From assembly GCA_964399775.1 (NCBI GenBank), contig CAYNSH010000006.1:3507-67506 (forward strand): a DNA stretch of 64,000 bases. The letters are read 5' to 3'. The position numbers were made by a program, and so were the translations under genes. This document shows, piece by piece, positions 48,744-56,123 of the stretch; the first letter of the stretch is position 1, and each line of letters opens with the position of its first letter. The DNA is from an uncultured Verrucomicrobiota bacterium. Its GTDB lineage: Bacteria > Verrucomicrobiota > Kiritimatiellia > CAIQIC01 > Lenti-01. The notes beneath the pieces are model-generated. The model saw only the letters and a list, made by a program, of their open reading frames with translations. It was not told the DNA's origin and made no database searches.

Positions 48744-48906
48744 AATTTCGGATTCGGCTTGGCGGCCCCCTGGGGGTGGCCAGGCGTGAGGGGAGGGGGG
48801 CGAAGGTCGGGCTGCGAGGGGAGGGGGCGGGTGGGGTGAAACGGGCGTGCGGGGCCGAAAATGGGGGATTGAATTCGATCGGGACTTGGAATAGGAAGAA
48901 TCGGCC

Positions 48907-50412
48907 ATGCACCCGGTTCAGTTTCTCTATGTAAAAAACATCGTGTCGCGGACGGTGAACGGGACCTGCCAGGAGATCTCGTTCGCGGTGCGGGTGCGCA
49001 ATCTGGGCTTCGGCAAGCGGGTGGCGGTGCACTGGTGTGGCGAAGACGGCGTCTGGCAGGCCACCCCTGCGCAGTTCGGCTGGGCGCTGGAGGAGGGCTG
49101 GGAGGCATGGACGGCGGAATGGACCGTGCCGCTGACCAAGGAATCGTCCATTCCCGGCAACATTCGCTTCGCGGCCTGCCTGGAGGTTCACGGCCAGCCC
49201 TACTGGGACAGCCGGCTGGGCCGCAACTACCAGTCGGATGCGGATTCCGGCGTGAGGGTGTTCACCCCGGCGGAGGTGTGCGTCGTGGGCTTCCGACCCG
49301 ACCTGCCAACGGAGCAGGTGTCCATTCCATTGGAAGTGGCCGTTCGCCAGGAAGCGGGGCCGGAAGCGATGATCGTCCACTGGACGGACGACGGCTGGAT
49401 CACCCGGCATGCGGCGCCGGCCTACTTTCGTCGCAACCACTGGGATCGCAGCGTGGGCAGCAATGCGCGCAACCCCAATCGCTATGGCTGGGAAGTCTGG
49501 GCGGCGCGCATACCGGTGCGGCATGCGTATCGCGTCGAATTCGCCGTGGAGTGCCGCACGCGCCGCGGAACCGTTTGGGACAATCGCGGCGGCCTGAACT
49601 ACCGTGCCCAGCGCGGGCCCCTCCGGGTGCTGACGCTCAACTTGCACACCTGGCAGGAGGAGGACCAGTTGAGCAAATTCGACCAGGTGGCCCGGGCCAT
49701 CCGCGAATTGGGCATCGATCTGGTCTGCCTGCAGGAGGTCGGGGAGAACTGGAACGACGGCGCGGGAGACTGGGCGTCGAATGCCGCACGGATCATCAAT
49801 GACGACCTGCCGCGCCCCTATCACTTGCATACGGACTGGTCGCACCTGGGGTTCGACCGCTTCCGCGAGGGGGTGGCCATCCTGAGCCGTCATCCCTTTG
49901 CCTATGTCGACGCGGGCTACGTGTCGGACAGCACCGATCCCTACGACATCCACGCCCGCAAGGTGGTGATGGCCCAGGTGCGGGTGCCGGGCATCGGGGC
50001 GGTCAATGTCTTCAGCGTGCACTTGAGTTGGCCCAGCGACGGGTTCTATCCGCAGTTCGAGCGGCTGCTGGCCTGGGTGGAGGGGCGCCAGACGCCCGAG
50101 CTGGCCGGAACCCTCGTCTGCGGAGACTTCAACATCGCGGCGGAGAGCGAAGCCTTCCGGCATATTGTGGATGCGGGCACCTTGGAGGAGCAGGTGTTGA
50201 AGATCGCCCGGCCGGAGGTCTTCCAGCGGGTGTTCCGGGACCGCCGGGGCGACTCGACGCGCTGGCTGGCCGGCGATGGGCGCATCGACTTCATCTGGCT
50301 CAACGTCGGTTCGCGCCTGCGGGCGATCCGGGCGGAAGAACTGTTCACGCCCGCGCGCTACGGGCGGGTGTCCGATCACACGGGCTATCTGGTCGAATTG
50401 GAATTACGGTAA
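48907..50412 (+). CDS. Two tandem CBM21-like (glycogen/starch-binding) modules fused to an endonuclease/exonuclease/phosphatase (EEP) domain
   Basis: Module 1: VRVRNLGFGKRVAVHW...IRFAACLEVHGQPYWDSRLGRNY. Module 2: MIVHWTDDGW...YRVEFAVECRTRRGTVWDNRGGLNY. EEP domain: LRVLTLNLHTW...DLVCLQEV...VSDHTGYLVEL. No signal peptide. Confidence 0.8.
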   Translation: MHPVQFLYVKNIVSRTVNGTCQEISFAVRVRNLGFGKRVAVHWCGEDGVWQATPAQFGWALEEGWEAWTAEWTVPLTKESSIPGNIRFAACLEVHGQPYWDSRLGRNYQSDADSGVRVFTPAEVCVVGFRPDLPTEQVSIPLEVAVRQEAGPEAMIVHWTDDGWITRHAAPAYFRRNHWDRSVGSNARNPNRYGWEVWAARIPVRHAYRVEFAVECRTRRGTVWDNRGGLNYRAQRGPLRVLTLNLHTWQEEDQLSKFDQVARAIRELGIDLVCLQEVGENWNDGAGDWASNAARIINDDLPRPYHLHTDWSHLGFDRFREGVAILSRHPFAYVDAGYVSDSTDPYDIHARKVVMAQVRVPGIGAVNVFSVHLSWPSDGFYPQFERLLAWVEGRQTPELAGTLVCGDFNIAAESEAFRHIVDAGTLEEQVLKIARPEVFQRVFRDRRGDSTRWLAGDGRIDFIWLNVGSRLRAIRAEELFTPARYGRVSDHTGYLVELELR

Positions 50413-50421
50413 GGGGGCTCC

Positions 50422-52032
50422 ATGGAATACGCCGAACAGTACGCTGCGCCGACCGACGCCTACCTGAGTGCGGCCTACCCGCGCCGCAACGAATTCAAGG
50501 AGCTGTTCTTCCTGCGCTGGGGCCGGATCCATTTCCGCGTCGATTGGGGGATCGACATGAACGTGAAGGTCATCCTGAAGGTCTTTCACGAAGACGGCAC
50601 CTTCGAGCAGTACGGGGTGCACACGGACCCATGCGACGTGGAATGGAACCGGCACCGCCGGGCCACCCGCGACATCTTCATCCATCCGCAGCCCATGCAC
50701 CAGGGGCGGGTCACCTGCGTCAAGTTCTCCTACGTCCTGCACCACCAGTTCCGGTCGATTCCGTCGCAGTACGAGTACATTTTCATGGACGGCCACGAAT
50801 TCTGGAACGAGGGCGAGGTGCGCCGGCACGTGACCGGCCAGTGGGCGACTCCGAACCCGTACCGCACGCACGAGCGGGATGCCGGTCAGCTCCAGCGCGA
50901 CGTGGATCACATGAACCATCAGTTTGGCTCGTTGAATGTGGTCCCGAAATTCACCAAGGGCCAGGCGTGGCATCCCTACCATCCCAAGCGCTACATCCAC
51001 GACCTGATCGACTCGATGATCTGGCGCCAGCAGACCGAGCCGGGCCGTCCGTGCGGCATCAAGGTCTGCGTGGACTGCATCGACGACGGCGATTTCATCC
51101 GGCACCTGATCCATGCGCACCGTTGCGGCGTTCCGGTGCAATGCATCGTGGACTGGCGCAAAATGACCCTGACCAACAGCGGCAACTACCTGGCGCTGAA
51201 GCGCTCGGGGATCGAGCTGCTGGGCGATGTCTGCACCACCCGCGATCCGATGGCGGAAGTCGCCACGGACATGCACAACAAATTCATCGTCTTCGGCGAC
51301 GAGGACGCCATCGTGGGGTCGTTCAACATCACCTTCGACCGCTGGGGCAGCAACTGGGAGTCGGGGATGACGTTTCGCTCGCGCGGGGTCTGCAACCTGC
51401 TCGACAACATCTTCCAGGCCTGCCGGGGCGGAGTGATCCAGCGCTATGGCATCGATCCCTACGCGCCGTTCAACCTGCTCTACACGTTCAACCGCAGCGC
51501 CATGCTCAACGGCCGCTACTACCGCCCGCACCACGCCATCCTGGCGGAGATCCACCGCGCGCGCCATTCCATCCACCTGTGCTTGTTCCTGATCGGGGAT
51601 CTGCGCGGCGAGCATGGCGACAGCGTGATCGACGCCCTGATCCAGGCCTGGCGGCGCGGCGTATACGTGCGCGTGATCTTGAACGGGCATCTGGCCTGGG
51701 AGGGCGACCCGGCCCGCGAGCGGTCCATGCACGACGAACTGCACCGCCCGCTGCTGCCGGCCGTGCGGCGCCTGCAAGAGGCGGGGCTGCCCATCGCGCT
51801 GGTCTATGGCGTCCACGACCGCCCCGTGCCCTATTCGCCGGTCCACTCCAAGCAGTGCGTCATCGACGAGCACATCGTGCTGGACGGCTCCTTCAACTGG
51901 TACAACACCTCGGTGCTGTCCCACGACCTGCTGGTGGTGGTGAACAACCACGAGGTGGCCCGGCTGTATCTCGAAGAAGCCCGCCAGATCCTCGAAGGCT
52001 TCCGCGTGATCTGGATCAGCCAATCGCGGTAG
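50422..52032 (+). CDS. Phospholipase D superfamily protein with two HKD motifs and an uncharacterised ~200-aa N-terminal domain
   Basis: HKD-1 DMHNKFIVFGDEDAIVGSFNIT (about 51274) and HKD-2 PVHSKQCVIDEHIVLDGSFNWY (about 51844). Sits 9 nt after the upstream gene, with AAGGGGG as SD. No signal peptide. Confidence 0.8.
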   Translation: MEYAEQYAAPTDAYLSAAYPRRNEFKELFFLRWGRIHFRVDWGIDMNVKVILKVFHEDGTFEQYGVHTDPCDVEWNRHRRATRDIFIHPQPMHQGRVTCVKFSYVLHHQFRSIPSQYEYIFMDGHEFWNEGEVRRHVTGQWATPNPYRTHERDAGQLQRDVDHMNHQFGSLNVVPKFTKGQAWHPYHPKRYIHDLIDSMIWRQQTEPGRPCGIKVCVDCIDDGDFIRHLIHAHRCGVPVQCIVDWRKMTLTNSGNYLALKRSGIELLGDVCTTRDPMAEVATDMHNKFIVFGDEDAIVGSFNITFDRWGSNWESGMTFRSRGVCNLLDNIFQACRGGVIQRYGIDPYAPFNLLYTFNRSAMLNGRYYRPHHAILAEIHRARHSIHLCLFLIGDLRGEHGDSVIDALIQAWRRGVYVRVILNGHLAWEGDPARERSMHDELHRPLLPAVRRLQEAGLPIALVYGVHDRPVPYSPVHSKQCVIDEHIVLDGSFNWYNTSVLSHDLLVVVNNHEVARLYLEEARQILEGFRVIWISQSR

Positions 52033-52034
52033 GC

Positions 52035-52421
52035 TCACGGCACGAGGGGCAGTTGGGGAAGGTGGGCGAAGTGGCGATCTCGGGTGTACAGCATCACATT
52101 ATGCTGTTGGACCAGGGCGGCGATCCACAGGTCATGGATGGGGATGGGGGTGCCTTGTGCGCGCAACTGGGCGAACAATCGGGCAAAGTGGAAAGTGGTC
52201 TGCTCGTCGGCAAAGAGGATGGCGATGCGGGGGCGGTTCAGAAAGATGTTCAGCGTACGCTCGTTTTGGATGGCGAGTTTGCCGCAGGCAAATCCGGCGC
52301 GCAACTCGGCCAACACCGGAAACGGAACCAAGATGCGGGTGGCGGATTGGAAATGGCGGACGGCCTCGGCATGCCCAGCGCAGAAATCGCGGTACCGGTT
52401 GGTATCGATGGCCAGATTCAC
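52035..52421 (-). CDS. vapC: PIN-domain toxin VapC
   Basis: VNLAIDTNRY...VLAELRAG...IPIHDLWIAALV...LYTRDRHF supplies the PIN acidic residues. The GTG start overlaps the antitoxin stop (ATGTGA). Confidence 0.8.
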   Translation of the reverse strand: MNLAIDTNRYRDFCAGHAEAVRHFQSATRILVPFPVLAELRAGFACGKLAIQNERTLNIFLNRPRIAILFADEQTTFHFARLFAQLRAQGTPIPIHDLWIAALVQQHNVMLYTRDRHFAHLPQLPLVP

Positions 52422-52669
52422 ATCCAGAGTTCCTTGTCCACGCGGTTCAGTGCTTCGACCGCCCGGTCGAATTCGGGGTCGGCGATCCACGTGCCGATCA
52501 AATCATCCAGATCATGGTGGATCTGGGTATCGTGTTCCAGATTCAGTCCGCGGGAAAGCGCATCCAGTGCGGTTTGGTTCAGGCTGCTCCCGTACTGGGC
52601 GGCGGTTTCACGCAGGCGCTGATCCATCCGCTCGGAAATGTTGCGAATGGTATATTGCGTTTTCTTCAT
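52418..52669 (-). CDS. vapB: VapB-type antitoxin (ribbon-helix-helix-like N-terminus)
   Basis: MKKTQYTIRNISERMDQRLRETAAQYGSSLNQTALDAL. 83 aa, 4-nt overlap with vapC. Start at the Met at 52669. Confidence 0.7.
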   Translation of the reverse strand: MKKTQYTIRNISERMDQRLRETAAQYGSSLNQTALDALSRGLNLEHDTQIHHDLDDLIGTWIADPEFDRAVEALNRVDKELWM

Positions 52670-52670
52670 C

Positions 52671-52701
52671 GTGCATGCACGATACGTATGCACTGCATGC
52701 A
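52671..52701. promoter_or_regulatory. Putative vapBC operator: palindromes GTGCATGCAC and TGCATGCA directly upstream of vapB
   Basis: GTGCATGCAC at 52671-80, GTATGCAC at 52687-94 and TGCATGCA at 52694-52701, adjacent to the antitoxin start codon. Confidence 0.45.
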
Positions 52702-52733
52702 AGTCAAGGATTCAATAAGGCTCTTGCAAAACT

Positions 52734-52758
52734 CCTGTCTCCTGACCTCTGACCTCTC
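52734..52758. repeat. Inverted copy of the 25-nt repeat at 115..139
   Basis: CCTGTCTCCTGACCTCTGACCTCTC is the exact reverse complement of 115..139, followed by a C-run. Confidence 0.85.
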
Positions 52759-53103
52759 CTCCCCCCATCCGTGGGCCGCCGAAGGCATTCGTGGGGTCAT
52801 TCCATGTCCCCGCCTGCCTTCAACCTTCACGCGTCGGATCGGTTGTAGGCGGGTGCCGTGAGGCCGGCGGGATGGGATCGGGAACGGGCCGACGCGCCCC
52901 CGCTGGTTCAATCGTTCTACCCGCCCAAATAATGTTTCTTTCGTCTGAACAGCACGGAATATGGGCATCAAAAAAAGCGAAAATATTCCTTGACGAAGCG
53001 GGCCTCCATTTGATCTACTCCGCGCCACGGTCGTGGTGGGTGCTGCGGCTTGAGGTTGACACTAAGGTTTAAATAAATAAAACAACACACGGAGATCATT
53101 CGT

Positions 53104-53673
53104 ATGAAAAAGTTACTTGTATTCGCGTTGGTCGCGATGTTCGCCAGCTTGGCGATGGCCCAGAGTCTGCAGTGGCTGGGCGACAGCTACATCTATCACG
53201 TCGAGGAAGACGTCTGGTATCAGGCTTCCGGCAGTGATGTCTGGGCGACCGGCGGCGCGTTTGACAGTGCCGACTTCGGCATCGTCGGCTCGCTGACCCT
53301 CGGTGCGCAGGCCCAGACCTGGGAACAGGCGAGTGGCGTGGCCGTGACCATGTTCTATGAAGTCTTCGAAGGCGCGGCTTCCGTGGGCACTGGCAACATT
53401 GGGTTGGCCTATCTGGACTCCCCCGGCAACAACGACCGCTGGGAAAACATCACGGGCGTGAACGTCGCGGCCGGCTTGGACTACTCGACCGAGTACACCG
53501 TTGCGATTTGGCTCAACGCCACGCGCGATGGCGACACGACCCAGTGGGACAGCAACGGCGGCAACAACTACGTCGCGGCCTTTGAGACCCAGGCGATCCC
53601 CGAGCCCGCGACGATGAGCCTGTTGGGCCTCGGCGCGCTGGCGATGGTCCTGCGTCGCAAGATCCGCAAGTAA
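53104..53673 (+). CDS. PEP-CTERM sorting-domain protein with a CBM-like beta-sandwich region
   Basis: Signal peptide MKKLLVFALVAMFASLAMAQ. C-terminal IPEPATMSLLGLGALAMVLRRKIRK (PEP motif + TM + basic tail). Contains WDSNGGNNY. GGAGA SD. Confidence 0.85.
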   Translation: MKKLLVFALVAMFASLAMAQSLQWLGDSYIYHVEEDVWYQASGSDVWATGGAFDSADFGIVGSLTLGAQAQTWEQASGVAVTMFYEVFEGAASVGTGNIGLAYLDSPGNNDRWENITGVNVAAGLDYSTEYTVAIWLNATRDGDTTQWDSNGGNNYVAAFETQAIPEPATMSLLGLGALAMVLRRKIRK

Positions 53674-53692
53674 TCCTGGTTTCAGGATGAAG

Positions 53693-53724
53693 AAAAAGAG
53701 CGGCCTTCGGGCCGCTCTTTTTTT
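53693..53724 (+). terminator. Rho-independent terminator after the PEP-CTERM gene
   Basis: AAAAAGAGCGGCC-TTCG-GGCCGCTCTTTTT plus additional Ts. Confidence 0.85.
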
Positions 53725-53888
53725 GTGGCTTCGTGGCGTGGACCTCCGGTCCGCGCCTCTGGATCGGGCACGCCGCAGAGCGGCATGCCACGCCTGCCGG
53801 GCATGCCAAGGCCAGGTGGCCAACTGGCCGGAAACGCGATTGACAGGCGCGCCGGAATCGGAGGAAATAGGCGGTCACAGGTGCAGAA

Positions 53889-56012
53889 GTGGCGACAAGG
53901 GTATGTACAGCCAAAGAGTGGATCTTCCGGCTGCTATTGGTGTTGTCGGCGCCGATGATGGTGGTGTTGGTCGAATGGGGACTGAGACAACAGGGGGGCG
54001 GCTCTGAACCCCTGATTCGCGTGGAGCACAAGGGCGGGACATGGTGGGCCACGAATCCGGAGTACGGACGGGTGGTTTTCCCCCGGGAAGCGGGACCGAC
54101 GCTGCCGCCGATATGGGTGCCCGCCGCCAAAACAGACAACGAACTTCGGATCGTCGTGTTGGGCGAGTCCGCCGCGGAAGGCTTCCCAATCCCGGATTTC
54201 AATCTGGCGCGGGTGCTCGAAACCTTGCTGGCCCGCCGAACCCCGGGGGTGCAGGTCCGGGTGGTGTCGCTGGCCATGACCGGCATCAATTCGCATCAGA
54301 TCCGGCGCCTTGGAATGGCGGCGGCCCGGCACCTCGAACCGGATATCGTGGTGTTGTATGCGGGAAACAACGAGGTGATCGGCCCCAATGGCCCTGCGGC
54401 GGTCTTGTCGAATTTTCACCGTTCGCTGCGCCTGATGCGGCTGCAGGATGCATTGCGGGAATGGCGATTGGCCCGCTTGGTGGATCGGGCGCTGCGGCGC
54501 TGGCACCGGCGGGTTTCGGATCCGGAGGTGTGGCGGGGCCTGGATGAGTTCGATGGGATCGAAATCGCCTTTGACGATCCACGGCTGCCCGCCATGTACC
54601 GGCATTTCGAGGACAACATGACCCGCCTGGTTCGCGGATTGACCGGCCGGGGCATCCGGGTGGTGGTTTGCACCATGGGTGTCAATCTGAACGACTGGCC
54701 TCCATTACGCTCGGAGCCGGAGGCCGGACCGGTCCTTGCGGCCGCCCCGCCGTCGCCGGAGGCGGTTCGCTCGGCCGAGGCAGCCTACCACCGGGCGGTT
54801 GACCTGGCGCAAGCGGGCGAAATCGAGGCGGCCTGGACCTGGTATCGCCGCGCGTGCGATCTGGACCTCATCCGCTTTCGGGCCGACACCCGCATCAACG
54901 ACCTCTTGCGCGGTTTGGGCGGGGCATCGCGCAAAGGCCGCGTGGTGCTGGTGGATGTGGACCGGGCGTTGCACGAGGAGGATCCCGGGGGCGGTGAGGA
55001 TCGCCGCTGGTTTTACGAGCATGTGCATCTGACGCTTGCCGGACGCATCGCCGTGGCGGGATGGATCGCCGATGCGGTGGCGGACGCCGGCTGGGTGGCG
55101 GCGTCGAGGCACGGGAAAGACGAATCCGAGACGCTGGTGGATTCGCTGGTCTTCACTCCCCGGGATGAATTTCTCGCCTTGACGGCCATTCGGGAGTTCT
55201 ACCGGTGGCCCTTGTTTGAAGGCCAATGGCGATCGGGCGAGCGGGTCGCCGGCCTGGAGGCGGAGATCCAGCGCCTGCAAGCCGACTGGGCGGCCTGGGA
55301 TTCGGAGCGGGTCCGGCATGAGTGGGACGCGTCCCGGTCGTGGCGGCCGCAGGATCCCTTGCGGGATGCCTCTGTGGGCGGGCATTTGCTGGCGCTGGGA
55401 GATGCCGCCGGGGCTCTAGAGGTCCTCGAAGCGGCCCTCGATGCCAACCCCATGTTGCGGCACGCCCGGGCCGATGCGGCGCGGGCGGGCCTGCGGCTGG
55501 GCGATCTCGACCGTGCCTTTCAGCATCTCGAAGCCGGCCTGGCGCAAAGTCCCGCCGACCCGGCCCTGCTGGCCGCCCGCGGAGAATGGGCGGTTGTTGC
55601 GCAACGCTGGGATGAGGCGGAGTCGTATTTATCGGAGGCCCACCGTCTGCGTCCGCGGGATCTGCGGGTGGTGATTCAACTGGCCCGCACGGTGGAGACG
55701 CTTGGAGATGCCTCGCGCGCGGAATCCCTGTACCGCTACGGATTGGATCTCAGTCCGGACAGTCCCCATTTTCTGAATAATCTGGCGTTGCTGTTGCTGT
55801 CGCGCCCGGAGAGTCATGATGAAGCCTTGGCTCTCGCCACCCGGGCCACGGAATCCGCGCCGACCTCCCCGGCGGTCTGGCGGACCCTGGCCCGCGTGCT
55901 GGAGCGCCGGGGGGATGCCGCTGCCGCCCGTCACGCGGCGCTTCAGGCGGACACAATCGAGCAAACACGCTCGAAGCCTCCGGCCTGCGAATCCCGCCCC
56001 TCGGGCCTTTGA
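53889..56012 (+). CDS. Membrane-anchored SGNH/GDSL-like hydrolase domain fused to TPR repeats
   Basis: N-terminal TM WIFRLLLVLSAPMMVVLV. SGNH-like blocks IVVLGESAAEG, LYAGNNEVIG and YEHVHLT. The C-terminal half is TPR-like (ALGDAAGALEVLEAALDANP..., SYLSEAHRLRPRD...). GTG start. Paralogue at 57718..60084. Confidence 0.75.
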   Translation: MATRVCTAKEWIFRLLLVLSAPMMVVLVEWGLRQQGGGSEPLIRVEHKGGTWWATNPEYGRVVFPREAGPTLPPIWVPAAKTDNELRIVVLGESAAEGFPIPDFNLARVLETLLARRTPGVQVRVVSLAMTGINSHQIRRLGMAAARHLEPDIVVLYAGNNEVIGPNGPAAVLSNFHRSLRLMRLQDALREWRLARLVDRALRRWHRRVSDPEVWRGLDEFDGIEIAFDDPRLPAMYRHFEDNMTRLVRGLTGRGIRVVVCTMGVNLNDWPPLRSEPEAGPVLAAAPPSPEAVRSAEAAYHRAVDLAQAGEIEAAWTWYRRACDLDLIRFRADTRINDLLRGLGGASRKGRVVLVDVDRALHEEDPGGGEDRRWFYEHVHLTLAGRIAVAGWIADAVADAGWVAASRHGKDESETLVDSLVFTPRDEFLALTAIREFYRWPLFEGQWRSGERVAGLEAEIQRLQADWAAWDSERVRHEWDASRSWRPQDPLRDASVGGHLLALGDAAGALEVLEAALDANPMLRHARADAARAGLRLGDLDRAFQHLEAGLAQSPADPALLAARGEWAVVAQRWDEAESYLSEAHRLRPRDLRVVIQLARTVETLGDASRAESLYRYGLDLSPDSPHFLNNLALLLLSRPESHDEALALATRATESAPTSPAVWRTLARVLERRGDAAAARHAALQADTIEQTRSKPPACESRPSGL

Positions 56013-56034
56013 GGTTTCAGGGCGAGGAGCCGGG

Positions 56035-56106
56035 GGTTCCACGCCATGGACAATTCCGGCGGGATTTTTCCACGGCATGGAAAACGGTTTTCCACAGCGT
56101 GGAAAA
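56035..56106. promoter_or_regulatory. Array of three TTCCA-N5-TGGAA palindromes (TTTTCCACGGCATGGAAAA at 56066-84; TTTTCCACAGCGTGGAAAA at 56088-106) directly upstream of the FGE-like gene
   Basis: The two perfect 7-bp-arm palindromes are 22 bp apart centre to centre. A weaker third copy sits at 56035-53. The array ends 18 nt before the ATG at 56124. Confidence 0.5.
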
Positions 56107-56123
56107 TGCGCTAGGTTGTCGTC

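Noticed and set aside
48850-48890. GGGGCCGAAAATGGGGGATTGAATTCGATCGGGA, which resembles the 5' end of tmRNA (GGGGCUGAUUCUGGAUUCGACGGGA)
   Set aside because: It lies only about 20 nt before a well-supported CDS start, so there is no room for a ~350-nt tmRNA. No tag ORF or 3' tRNA-like end follows. Islands duplicate the ssrA 3' end, not the 5' end.
50028-52622. 864-aa plus-strand ORF spanning the EEP gene end, the PLD gene and vapBC
   Set aside because: It is out of frame with two well-supported CDSs and antisense to the TA pair. The translation is Arg/Pro/Gly-rich.
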